Assembly (NCBI GenBank): GCA_050124975.1
Contig: JASFEF010000002.1
Span: forward strand, 22,690-86,689
Origin: Candidatus Thorarchaeota archaeon
GTDB taxonomy: Archaea > Asgardarchaeota > Thorarchaeia > Thorarchaeales > Thorarchaeaceae
Direction: 5' to 3'
Length of the DNA stretch: 64,000 bases
A program made the translations under genes and the position numbers. Shown here in pieces: positions 37,594 through 46,783 of the stretch (positions within the stretch are counted from its first letter, which is position 1; each line of letters starts with the position of its first letter). The notes under the pieces are model-generated. The model saw only the letters and a program-made list of their open reading frames with translations, was not told the DNA's origin and searched no databases.

Positions 37594-38910
37594 CTACAGA
37601 TCAAATGTATTTTCGTCCATCTTGATGTCCAGTGTTTCTAGCTCGTCGAGGATTGGTTCATAGATTTCAGGAATTATAGGTCTGTGAACACCTGTCAGGA
37701 TTATCTTCCCATCTAGAATCATTTTACTGGCTATAGCTACTGGAAGAGCTACGGTCCTAGACATTGAACTGTCCCCATTTGGAATACCATAGTCAATGAG
37801 AGTAGACGTGATTCTTTCTTTCTTGTCTGGATACTCTGCTATGAACTCGTGATGCATGACTATCATATCACGCTCGCCTGGGGCATACTGTAGCTTCTCT
37901 TCAAAGAGATTGCATACTGCATCTAGGATTGTGTTGGTTCCAGAAGCAATCTGTTTTTCTTCAAACAGACCCAACCATTCCAAGCGATTGATAATTTGGT
38001 CATCAAGATCAATGTTACAGGTTTTAGCCACTGCAATCTTAACATCTGAATCACTGGTTAATGTTAGTTCACGCATTAGAGTAGCATATGTCATACCTTC
38101 AAGAGACCGTTCCTCTATGTCTAACAAGCCCAAATCTGCAATCTTGTCTAGTGTGCCACACCAACCAACATTCCTGAACGTTCCGCGAAGCATCGTCTTT
38201 GTTTCTGGAATACTGTAGATGTCAATGTAAGAGAGGCTGTCACGGTTTGGGTATCCTTCGAAAGTACCCATTCCCGGAACCTCCATGAGCTCGCAGTTAT
38301 CAAAGAGCTCAGAACCAGGGATTCTGACTTCTTTCCCATCACGGAGGAACTGCGCGTCGTTGCGCCCAGCTAGGAGAACTCCTCGTGGGCTCCACGATAA
38401 TTTGTAGCCATATGGATTGTTGTTTGCATCAGGAGCAGGAAGACCCCCAGTGAAAGAAGTAAAGCTCACAATCTTACCATCATTGTTGTGAACATGGTCA
38501 ATGATTTTCATGGCACTCATGTGATCGATACCTGGGTCAACTCCACACTCATTCAGGATTAAGATTCCAGCCTTCTTTGCATCTTCTTCGAGAGCTTTCA
38601 TCTCGTCTGAGATGTACGATGTAGTACAGAAGTGTGTCTTGTGTTTGATAGCGATCTTGGCAGCCTTCACGTGAAACGTGTAAGGTAGCAGAGAGCATAC
38701 AAGATCGACCTTCTTGGTTAACTCTTCTAGGAGCTCATCATCTTTTGCTATATTGAAAGCCACGGCTTCGGTGTTTTTACAGCCCTCAATAAGTCGTTCA
38801 GCTTTGCTTATTGTCCTACTTGCAACAATGACATGGAAATCATTGTCGGAAAGGTATTGTATGTATGGGCGAGCTACTAATCCTGCACCCAGACATAGTA
38901 CTTTCTTCAT
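37594..38910 (-). CDS. saccharopine dehydrogenase (NADP-binding, LYS9 / AASS C-terminal-domain-like)
   Basis: The N-terminal Rossmann segment is MKKVLCLGAGLVARPYIQYL and the length (438 aa) matches Sacchrp_dh enzymes. Confidence 0.65.
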   Translation of the reverse strand: MKKVLCLGAGLVARPYIQYLSDNDFHVIVASRTISKAERLIEGCKNTEAVAFNIAKDDELLEELTKKVDLVCSLLPYTFHVKAAKIAIKHKTHFCTTSYISDEMKALEEDAKKAGILILNECGVDPGIDHMSAMKIIDHVHNNDGKIVSFTSFTGGLPAPDANNNPYGYKLSWSPRGVLLAGRNDAQFLRDGKEVRIPGSELFDNCELMEVPGMGTFEGYPNRDSLSYIDIYSIPETKTMLRGTFRNVGWCGTLDKIADLGLLDIEERSLEGMTYATLMRELTLTSDSDVKIAVAKTCNIDLDDQIINRLEWLGLFEEKQIASGTNTILDAVCNLFEEKLQYAPGERDMIVMHHEFIAEYPDKKERITSTLIDYGIPNGDSSMSRTVALPVAIASKMILDGKIILTGVHRPIIPEIYEPILDELETLDIKMDENTFDL

Positions 38911-38912
38911 TC

Positions 38913-40217
38913 TTAGTTGTCCTCCTTTGGAAGGTATTGTTCTAGATATTGAAATTCCTCAGTTAGTTTTCCTCGGTATACAATCACAGCATCCTTGAAC
39001 TCCCGAGGTAATTCAAGATTTGAAAAATCAACAGTAAAATCTGCGTTCGCAAGAGCTGGTATAAAGTCAAGAAGTGTTTCACTGAAAGATGTAGAAGACT
39101 CACGCGGGAGCTCGCATGGTAAGTTATCAACAGCCATGACTACTGGTCCCTCACCTTCTACACCCAGCTTTGCTCTATTCTCATCAATAATAAAGGTAAA
39201 TGCAGGTTTGTCCGGACTCATGCATCGTACGGTGAACTCTATTGCACCTTTAACATCGCAGGAGATATCGCCGACAACCTGAAGTCTTCGTTCATCCTTG
39301 CTCCAGTGGTTGCGGATAAAATCGAGTGTGACTAGTCGAGGGTACTTGTCTGACCAATAGATGCAGTTCATTAGTACTGTGATGTGAGGGACATGTTTAT
39401 GGAATATGCCCTCATACTTTGTTTTTCCATTCTTATAGTAATCTTGAAGATCAAACTCTGCTGAGTGGTCTTTTGGTTGAACCATGTGTTCTTCCTTGAA
39501 AACGCACTTGTAGAGAAAGTTTGATTCTGGTGTTAAGCTGGATAGCTCATCAGGATTGACGGTCTTGTGTGGAAGAATATCAAAGATTTCTTGTGCACCT
39601 CGGGAAACATTCCCATAACCTGCAAACCCTACCACAAAGGGTGTGAGTTCACTAGGAAGTCCCTGTTCTTTAATACGGTTACCAAGAAACTCGAACTCTT
39701 CCTTTAGTTCATTAAGTTCTTTTATCTCGAGTGTTGTTTTCATTCCAGCAAATGGGTTGGGTGTTATGCCCATCAGTTCCAGACGATTACCGAGAACACG
39801 AAGTGTGTCTGAGATTCCAGCCATACCAGCCCAGTTACCAAAGAAGATTAACCTTCGACCTTTTTCATCGACAACTCGTTCATAATCAATCAGTGTAGCG
39901 CCGACATCCATTATCCGTTTGAGCATAGGCATGTTACTAGTTTGACCCTTGATGGTGTGACTGAAGAAGATGTAGACAATGTCTTTTTCGAAGATGTCAC
40001 TGGGCATCTCTTTTATTCCCATGATAATAGGAGTACCACTACCTTTCAAGGGAGCGACATCAATGTTATACTCTTCCTCAGAAAATGCACGTTGATTACT
40101 AGGTTCTAGTACAAAATCAATGCCATGTTTTTCACGAAGTAATCTAACATGATCGGGCACTAGTGGAACTCGGGTTTCGAATGGTTTCTCTTCCTTTCTG
40201 AGACCGATCTTGTTCAA
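38913..40217 (-). CDS. lysine-ketoglutarate reductase / saccharopine dehydrogenase (AlaDH/PNT-fold, LYS1 / AASS N-terminal-domain-like)
   Basis: 434-aa ORF with AlaDH/PNT N- and C-domains. It sits immediately upstream of the Sacchrp_dh gene with a 2-nt gap. Confidence 0.6.
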   Translation of the reverse strand: MNKIGLRKEEKPFETRVPLVPDHVRLLREKHGIDFVLEPSNQRAFSEEEYNIDVAPLKGSGTPIIMGIKEMPSDIFEKDIVYIFFSHTIKGQTSNMPMLKRIMDVGATLIDYERVVDEKGRRLIFFGNWAGMAGISDTLRVLGNRLELMGITPNPFAGMKTTLEIKELNELKEEFEFLGNRIKEQGLPSELTPFVVGFAGYGNVSRGAQEIFDILPHKTVNPDELSSLTPESNFLYKCVFKEEHMVQPKDHSAEFDLQDYYKNGKTKYEGIFHKHVPHITVLMNCIYWSDKYPRLVTLDFIRNHWSKDERRLQVVGDISCDVKGAIEFTVRCMSPDKPAFTFIIDENRAKLGVEGEGPVVMAVDNLPCELPRESSTSFSETLLDFIPALANADFTVDFSNLELPREFKDAVIVYRGKLTEEFQYLEQYLPKEDN

Positions 40218-40334
40218 TGATTATCCTCCATTTTCAAGCTCAAATTGGGTGTGGTGCTGAGGCCGTGGGCGAAGATACCCCCGCTTTAACTTTTCCCTGT
40301 TGGCCAAGTTTTGTATTACTAGCACTAAAAATCA

Positions 40335-40346
40335 GAACACGTGTTC
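40335..40346. repeat. 12-bp palindrome GAACACGTGTTC, copy 1 of 4
   Basis: Perfect palindrome with an E-box-like CACGTG core. It overlaps the GTG start of ORF 40341. Confidence 0.8.
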
Positions 40347-40658
40347 TTCAATTGGATGGTTCACTTGACATCGTATCTGTATCTTTATGATTGCCAGCAA
40401 GCCCGACGAACTAATGCTAGACGTGTTGCATTCACAAAGGAGCTCTATGGTTATTTCTACTCATGGAGAACAAAATCTGGAATCAAACAAAAAAGAAAAC
40501 CAGGTCTATTGGATGAGTGTCCTGGTGCTGAAGCTGTAGCGGACTCAGCTATTCTTGTGCCTTCTGAACATCGTATTGTGTTTAATGCCCTTTTCAAAAT
40601 GTATGAAGATATTCTCAAGTTAAAGATCTTTGAAGTTGTCCAAGAATTGGAGTGGTAA
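40341..40658 (+). CDS. hypothetical small basic protein
   Basis: 105-aa ORF bracketed by palindrome copies 1 and 2. It may start at the internal ATG at 40356. Confidence 0.25.
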   Translation: MFFNWMVHLTSYLYLYDCQQARRTNARRVAFTKELYGYFYSWRTKSGIKQKRKPGLLDECPGAEAVADSAILVPSEHRIVFNALFKMYEDILKLKIFEVVQELEW

Positions 40659-40668
40659 TTAACACTTC

Positions 40669-40680
40669 GAACACGTGTTC
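40669..40680. repeat. 12-bp palindrome GAACACGTGTTC, copy 2 of 4
   Basis: Perfect palindrome. Confidence 0.8.
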
Positions 40681-40735
40681 TAAATATCATCAAGACACTA
40701 TTACTTGTATTACAATCTGTTCAGTTATGATCCCT

Positions 40736-40788
40736 TTCCATTGGAACTCATTCTAACTATGGTTTCTTCCACTGGAACACGTGTTCCA
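40736..40788. promoter_or_regulatory. pair of mini-ORB-like dyads (TTCCATTGGAA, TTCCACTGGAA), the second fused to palindrome copy 3 (TGGAACACGTGTTCCA, 40773-40788)
   Basis: Read directly from the sequence. Confidence 0.55.
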
Positions 40789-40796
40789 TTAACAAT

Positions 40797-40820
40797 CGAA
40801 CCCCCTTGTTTCCACTAGAG
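40797..40820 (-). promoter_or_regulatory. ORB element (bottom strand CTCTAGTGGAAACAAGGGGGTTCG)
   Basis: It matches the archaeal ORB architecture of a dyad followed by GTGGAAAC and a G-string, and it is inverted relative to the ORB at 40945. Confidence 0.6.
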
Positions 40821-40920
40821 ATTATTAATATGTATCTAATCGTATAAATATCAAAAAATATATATAATCGTTTCAGCAGCCTTCATTTATCTCCATTTTT
40901 AATATATATATTATTACCCG
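40821..40920. promoter_or_regulatory. AT-rich putative DNA unwinding element between inverted ORBs
   Basis: About 100 bp of sequence above 80% AT (…ATATCAAAAAATATATATAATCG…TTTTTAATATATATATTATTA), flanked by inverted ORBs. Confidence 0.55.
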
Positions 40921-40944
40921 CCGAAGGTATTCTCCATAAGATCT

Positions 40945-40964
40945 CTCGAGTGGAAACCAAGGGG
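40945..40964 (+). promoter_or_regulatory. ORB element (CTCGAGTGGAAACCAAGGGG)
   Basis: Near-identical to the reverse complement of the element at 40797-40820. Confidence 0.6.
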
Positions 40965-41011
40965 TCTTATCCAGATACATTTTGACGGATTACCTAGATG
41001 GGGTTAACACA

Positions 41012-41023
41012 ATACTCACTAGA
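41012..41023. repeat. 12-bp palindrome GAACACGTGTTC, copy 4 of 4
   Basis: Perfect palindrome 100 bp upstream of iorA. Confidence 0.8.
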
Positions 41024-41122
41024 ACACGTGTTCCAATAATGAAAATCGTATTGTCCAAGACCACAAAACTGATACAGCACACACAATTCAAACCGAATCA
41101 TCCATACGCGGAGGATCAATGA

Positions 41123-43015
41123 TTGGCAAAGCCCAAGGAACTTCTTGAGGACAAACCAGGGAAGGAGATTCTTCTTCTTGCCAATGAAGCAATTGCTCGA
41201 GGTGTACTGGAAGCAGGTGTCAGACTAGTGGCACTTTATCCTGGTACACCAAGTAGCGAAATTGGAAATAATCTGACGTTCATGGCTCCACACATCCCAA
41301 ACTTCTATTTTGAATTCAGTACAAATGAGAAGGTTGCTCTAGAGGTGGCTGGTGCTGCCGCCGTTGCAGGTGTGAGATCCATGATGGTCTGCAAGGGTCC
41401 GGGTCTCAATGTTGCTGCAGATCCATTTTTCTCACTAACATATGTTGGTGTTCGAGGAGGGATGGTGATTGTCGTAGCTGATGATCCAAGTATGTGGAGC
41501 TCACAAAATGAGAATGATAGTCGATACTATGCCCTAATGGGAAACATGCCATTGATGGAACCCTCTGATCCCATTGAAGCAAAATCAATGTTGCTTGAGG
41601 CCTACAAGTTCTCAGAAAAACTAGAACTTCCAGTACTCTTCCGTACAACTACCAGGGTAAACCATACACGAGCACCTGTTAAGTTCGGGAAGATTCCTTC
41701 ACGCCCAGATAAGATTGAGTTTGAAAAGGAACCATTCCGTTTTGTTCCTGTTCCATCTGTCGCACGCAAAAGACATCCTTGGCTTCTTGAACAGATAGAC
41801 AAAGCACGCAAATTATCAGAGAAAAGCCCTCTGAACTTTGTCGAGGGTGAAGGTGATCTTGGAATAATCACTTCGGGTGTTTCCTACAACTATGTGATTG
41901 AAGCATTATCAATCATGGAAATTGACGCTGAGGTCCTGAAGCTTGGAATCACTCATCCAATTCCTGAGAAAATGATCACCGAATTTCTACGTCGTCACAA
42001 ACAAGTATTGATTGTTGAAGAGCTAGAACCGTTTCTCGAAACACATGCAAGGCGGTTGGCTCATCTGAACAATGTTACCGTAGAAGTCCTTGGAAAGGAA
42101 CAAGGAATCTTTTCTCGTGTCTATGAGTACAGTCCAAGGATTGTCATGGAAGCATTGAAGAAAGTTACTACACGTAATACACCTATTAACTGGGATGAGA
42201 TTGAGAAAAAGACCCGAAAATTGCCTGAGTTACCTCCAAGACCTCCACTTCTTTGTGCGGGGTGTCCTCATAGAGCAACTTACTATGCGATTCGGGCAGC
42301 GACTAGAGGGAAAGCAATCTACCCTTCCGACATTGGTTGCTATACTCTAAGCATTGCACCTCCACTAGAAACGGCTGACATATTGTTCGATATGGGATCA
42401 TCAATAACCACTGCATGTGGTCTTGCAGAAGTCACTGACCAAGATGTTGTTGCATCAATTGGGGACAGTACATTCTTTGCATCTGGTCTTCCAGGCATTG
42501 CGAATGCAGTCTACAATCAACACAGAATTTGCGTAGTAGTTCTAGACAATCGAACAACAGCAATGACTGGCCATCAGCCGCATCCTGGTACTGGAATAAC
42601 TGGTATGCAAAAGGAAGTCCCGCCTCTAGATATAGCAGAAGCATGCAAGGGTCTGGGTGTCAAATACGTCAAGACTGTTGAACCATTTGAATCAATGGCA
42701 GGCCTAGTTGCTGAAGTTCGTGAGATGGTCAAATGGACGAGGGAGAATCACAGTCCTGCAGTACTAGTTTCAATAGAACCATGTGCACTTCTCACTGCTG
42801 CTGATCGTAGACGTACTGGCAAGTTCCCACCCAAATACTATGTCGATTCAAAGATTTGTAATGCATGCAAACGTTGTTTCAATCGGCTTTCCTGTCCTGC
42901 AATGTATATGGACTCAGAAACAGAACAAGCTGTGATTGATGAAACTCTGTGCAACCTCTGCGGAACTTGTGTTTCAGTTTGTCCACAGGGTGCAATAAAG
43001 CAGGAGGATACATAA
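41123..43015 (+). CDS. iorA: indolepyruvate:ferredoxin oxidoreductase alpha subunit
   Basis: 630-aa ORF with TPP-binding domains and two C-terminal 4Fe-4S motifs (CNACKRC...CP and CNLCGTCVSVCP). Confidence 0.8.
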   Translation: MAKPKELLEDKPGKEILLLANEAIARGVLEAGVRLVALYPGTPSSEIGNNLTFMAPHIPNFYFEFSTNEKVALEVAGAAAVAGVRSMMVCKGPGLNVAADPFFSLTYVGVRGGMVIVVADDPSMWSSQNENDSRYYALMGNMPLMEPSDPIEAKSMLLEAYKFSEKLELPVLFRTTTRVNHTRAPVKFGKIPSRPDKIEFEKEPFRFVPVPSVARKRHPWLLEQIDKARKLSEKSPLNFVEGEGDLGIITSGVSYNYVIEALSIMEIDAEVLKLGITHPIPEKMITEFLRRHKQVLIVEELEPFLETHARRLAHLNNVTVEVLGKEQGIFSRVYEYSPRIVMEALKKVTTRNTPINWDEIEKKTRKLPELPPRPPLLCAGCPHRATYYAIRAATRGKAIYPSDIGCYTLSIAPPLETADILFDMGSSITTACGLAEVTDQDVVASIGDSTFFASGLPGIANAVYNQHRICVVVLDNRTTAMTGHQPHPGTGITGMQKEVPPLDIAEACKGLGVKYVKTVEPFESMAGLVAEVREMVKWTRENHSPAVLVSIEPCALLTAADRRRTGKFPPKYYVDSKICNACKRCFNRLSCPAMYMDSETEQAVIDETLCNLCGTCVSVCPQGAIKQEDT

Positions 43016-43016
43016 T

Positions 43017-43631
43017 ATGTCTAGCAACATTGGTAATACAGTAAATATTGCAATCACTGGAGTAGGAGGCCAAGGGGTTCTAACCCTTGCTGAGATTTTA
43101 GCTAAGGCGGCATTACAATGCGGTCTCAATGTTCGCGTCGGAGAGATTCATGGCATGGCCCAACGAGGGGGTCATGTTGTCTGTACAGTCCGTATAGGTG
43201 AGAATGCAAAAGGTCCGATTGTGGATTCTGGTTCTGCTCATCTTCTTGTTGGCTTTGAACCTATTGAAACTCTTAGAGAGATTCAGCTCATAAGACAGGG
43301 TGGCTGTGTCCTGATGAGTTCACATGTTCAATATCCAGTTGCCGTTTCAATGGGAAAGGCTGAGTACCCAAATCATGATGAGATAATCAAGAGCATGAAA
43401 AAATACACTGACAAGATAGTCGAGTTTGATGCTTTAGAACTTGCAGCAAAAGCTGGAAGCACCCGTGCGCTCAATATGGTCATGCTAGGAGCAATCATAG
43501 GCACTGGTCTAGTCCCAATCACTGAGAAAGTTGCAATCAATGTTGTCCGTGAAACATTTCCAAAGAAATTCGAGAAGATTAATACCACTGCGACAAAACT
43601 AGGACTTGAACAGGCAAAATCTTGTAGTTAA
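43017..43631 (+). CDS. iorB: indolepyruvate:ferredoxin oxidoreductase beta subunit
   Basis: 204-aa ORF with the gamma-like domain ITGVGGQGVLT. It is translationally coupled to iorA. Confidence 0.75.
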   Translation: MSSNIGNTVNIAITGVGGQGVLTLAEILAKAALQCGLNVRVGEIHGMAQRGGHVVCTVRIGENAKGPIVDSGSAHLLVGFEPIETLREIQLIRQGGCVLMSSHVQYPVAVSMGKAEYPNHDEIIKSMKKYTDKIVEFDALELAAKAGSTRALNMVMLGAIIGTGLVPITEKVAINVVRETFPKKFEKINTTATKLGLEQAKSCS

Positions 43632-43647
43632 TACTAGTATTACAATT
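43629..43647. terminator. hairpin TAATAC-TA-GTATTA + CAATT between the convergent stop codons of iorB and hypF
   Basis: A 6-bp inverted repeat lies within the 14-nt gap between the two stop codons. The same motif recurs at 50471 and 52963. Confidence 0.4.
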
Positions 43648-46003
43648 ATGAATCACTTAGTTTCGCCGCAGCAACAGCAACCTGTCCAATGGATATCCCT
43701 CCATCACCTGGTGGAACATTGTTGTGGATCATGGGTATGAGTTTCTCCTGATTGACACGATTGATTACAGCCTTTGTGATAATCCTGTTGAGCGCAACTC
43801 CTCCTGAGAAACCAATATGCTCCAATTGATTCTCATTGGCTACTCTACATGCAATATGTGCCAGCGATTCTCCTAAATACCCCTGCGCAGCATAAGCAAT
43901 CTCCTGTCTTTTGACACCCTTTTCTTTCAATTCAAGAACTTGCATCAGACCGTGTGATGTATCCAAAATCAATCCAGTTTTTGTTTTTATGAATCGAGGC
44001 TTGATTTGCAGCTCAGTAGGTTTCGCTATAGACTCAAGCTTCATTGGGCATTCTCCATCATAGGAGTTCTCCAAGCTTACACCGAGAACCATAGCCACTG
44101 CATCAAGGAATCTACCAGCACTTGTACTACTCATTGTACTGATTCGGCGACTTAACGAATCAACCAGAATATCAAATGTATCTGGAGTCATTTTGTATTC
44201 GGGTCCGATAGGTGCTGAATTAACTATTCGAAGGAAATCGTCTTTTTCGAGTGAATCACCCAAATAACCCTTCAAAATCCCAACCACAGATCTTGCTGCA
44301 TAGACTGCTGTGAGGTCTCCACCAGGATAGTCCACAGATTTGAGGCCGCCCATTTTCCTGAAATTTTTCAGACCCCCAAGAAGTATCTCCCCTCCCCAAC
44401 CATTACCATCCTGACCAAATCCGTATCCATCGGCTGTAATACAAACAATACTTGTATCATAAGGTAACTTGTGGTCCACAATCATTGAGGCAAGATGAGC
44501 ATGATGGTGCTGAACCCGAAAAAGAGGAATGTCCTGTTCACCACTCATCTGTTCTGCAAACTCTGTGGTCAAGAATTCTGGATGAAGGTCACATGCAACT
44601 CCATCAAGATTGTTTACATCGAGAAGGTGAAGAAGATGCTTTACAGCGTCAGACAAAAAGTCTAGGCTTTCAACCCGATTGATATCTCCGATATGTTGCG
44701 TTGGATAAATCATTCCTGATTTCAACACAGAAGCTGTGACCTTCTCTTCAGGACCAACACCAATAATCTTGACAGACTTCCAAGGCCCCCCGAATTGAAG
44801 AGGATCCGGAACATATCCTCTTGCTCGTCGGATAAATACTGGTTTATCCTCACCCACAAATTTAATGACAGAATCATCAGCTCTCTGGTAGACCCTACGA
44901 TTATGAATCAGAGAATAATCCACTATTCCCCTGAGCTCAGAAATGACAACATCTGGTTCGATATACATTGGAACTCCTGTGGGATTCGCACTTGTCAGCA
45001 CCAGAGCTGGTTCATCCGTATACTGGAAGAGAAGATGGTGAATCGGAGCGTAAGGCAGCATGACTCCTATAGTATCAAGACCTGGCGCAATTACTTCTTG
45101 TACATCGTCCAGCATCAACTCAGATTCCACTCTCTTTTCTAAAAGGACTATAGGTCTTCGCCAAGATGTCAGAAGTTTCTCTTGTATAGGATTCAGATAC
45201 GCAATTTGTTTCAAAACAGAGAAATCACGAACCATTATCGCAAAGGGTCGTTGAGATCGCTTCTTCCTTTGTCGTAGAATTTCGATTGCTTTGGAACTAG
45301 ATGTCTTAGTTGCGATATGAGTTCCTGCTATGCCTTGGATTGCAACAACTCCATCTTCCTCCAGTATCTCCGCGACACGCTGAACGGGATTGCCACCCTT
45401 AATCTGATTTCCCTCATCGTCAACTAATCTATAGACAGGGCCACATACCTCACAGGCCGTTGTTTGAGCATGATAACGTCGGTCAACAGGATTGGTATAA
45501 CCTGTATTACAAGTATCACACAATGGAAAATCCACCATAGTCGTGTTTGGGCGGTCATAGGGAAGATCCGTGATGGTTGAGAACCTTGGTCCGCATGCCG
45601 CACATGAGGTGAATGGATAATGGTACCATCTTGATACCGAACTAGTCAAGTCATCGATACAATCATTACACATTGCAATATCTGGTGGTAATACAGGAAC
45701 TGATCCTTCTGTTCGAGTTTCTGATGACTTGTGAATCTCAAATGATGTGAACGAATCTGTACTATCTGTCCAATCAACTGTCAATGAATCAATACGCGAA
45801 ATGGATGGAGGGTTGTTCTTTATACCATCAATCAAATCATTGATACCTGACTTTTCTCCTTCTATAACAATCCGTACTCCTGCATCACCCAGATTAAGAA
45901 CAAAACCTGTGAGCGATAGAGACTCAGCAACATTATAGACAAATGGTCTAAATCCAACTCCTTGGACTATACCTGTTATATGAATCTCAGCTCTTTTTTT
46001 CAC
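43646..46003 (-). CDS. hypF: [NiFe]-hydrogenase maturation carbamoyltransferase HypF
   Basis: 785-aa ORF with an N-terminal acylphosphatase domain, two CxxC...CxxC zinc-finger pairs, a YrdC-like domain and a Kae1-like C-terminal domain. Confidence 0.85.
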   Translation of the reverse strand: MKKRAEIHITGIVQGVGFRPFVYNVAESLSLTGFVLNLGDAGVRIVIEGEKSGINDLIDGIKNNPPSISRIDSLTVDWTDSTDSFTSFEIHKSSETRTEGSVPVLPPDIAMCNDCIDDLTSSVSRWYHYPFTSCAACGPRFSTITDLPYDRPNTTMVDFPLCDTCNTGYTNPVDRRYHAQTTACEVCGPVYRLVDDEGNQIKGGNPVQRVAEILEEDGVVAIQGIAGTHIATKTSSSKAIEILRQRKKRSQRPFAIMVRDFSVLKQIAYLNPIQEKLLTSWRRPIVLLEKRVESELMLDDVQEVIAPGLDTIGVMLPYAPIHHLLFQYTDEPALVLTSANPTGVPMYIEPDVVISELRGIVDYSLIHNRRVYQRADDSVIKFVGEDKPVFIRRARGYVPDPLQFGGPWKSVKIIGVGPEEKVTASVLKSGMIYPTQHIGDINRVESLDFLSDAVKHLLHLLDVNNLDGVACDLHPEFLTTEFAEQMSGEQDIPLFRVQHHHAHLASMIVDHKLPYDTSIVCITADGYGFGQDGNGWGGEILLGGLKNFRKMGGLKSVDYPGGDLTAVYAARSVVGILKGYLGDSLEKDDFLRIVNSAPIGPEYKMTPDTFDILVDSLSRRISTMSSTSAGRFLDAVAMVLGVSLENSYDGECPMKLESIAKPTELQIKPRFIKTKTGLILDTSHGLMQVLELKEKGVKRQEIAYAAQGYLGESLAHIACRVANENQLEHIGFSGGVALNRIITKAVINRVNQEKLIPMIHNNVPPGDGGISIGQVAVAAAKLSDS

Positions 46004-46783
46004 TTAACAAGACACCTTGATATTTTCGTGACCAAACTCGATATTAATTCAATGAAGTGACTATAACCTTCACTATAATACAAGAAACACCAGCATCATA
46101 CTGATTCTTTGTAGGTCCTCTTAAGGTCAATGTAGGAGAAAGGATTGAGTGAGCAATCTTGACAAGCCGCAGTGTACGCACCCGACGATTGGTTCGAGAA
46201 CCTGAGGCAACCCCTTCGATATTAGCTTCTATACCAGAGTGTCTTAGAGATGCACTCAAAGAGGCAATCAATACAAGGGGGAGAGGAAGGAAGTCTGTTC
46301 TAATTTCAAGTAACAGTCTTACTAACAGATTCATTTTTTCTAGATGGGGGATACGACCTTCCCAACGAAGAAGATACAAGAACCTCTTTGCCTCTGTTCG
46401 AAAACAAAGCCGCATTGTGTTCCAACATTTTCTTCTTCGTGGTCGAGTCGAATGGACCGATGATTCAGAAAGACATGTCTTTGGGGTCTACAAGTTTGAT
46501 GAGATTCGAGGGAATCTGATCTTGGGATTTGTTGCAATGACACCCGAATCTGAATGGACTCTTCCAAAGAGATGATTATTCTCACCCATATGGATAACTG
46601 AAAGCTACATAAGGTCTTGATACTGTCTTTTGTATACGAAATTGTATCCGCCCATCAGGACTTCTGGGTGACATTGGAAAAGGGCTTCATAACGCTCTAT
46701 TCTTGATTTAGGGAGTTTAGATGGTCGATAGAACTGACACATTGTGTGAATGCGAGACATAGAAACCAAACCGGTGAGCTAGC

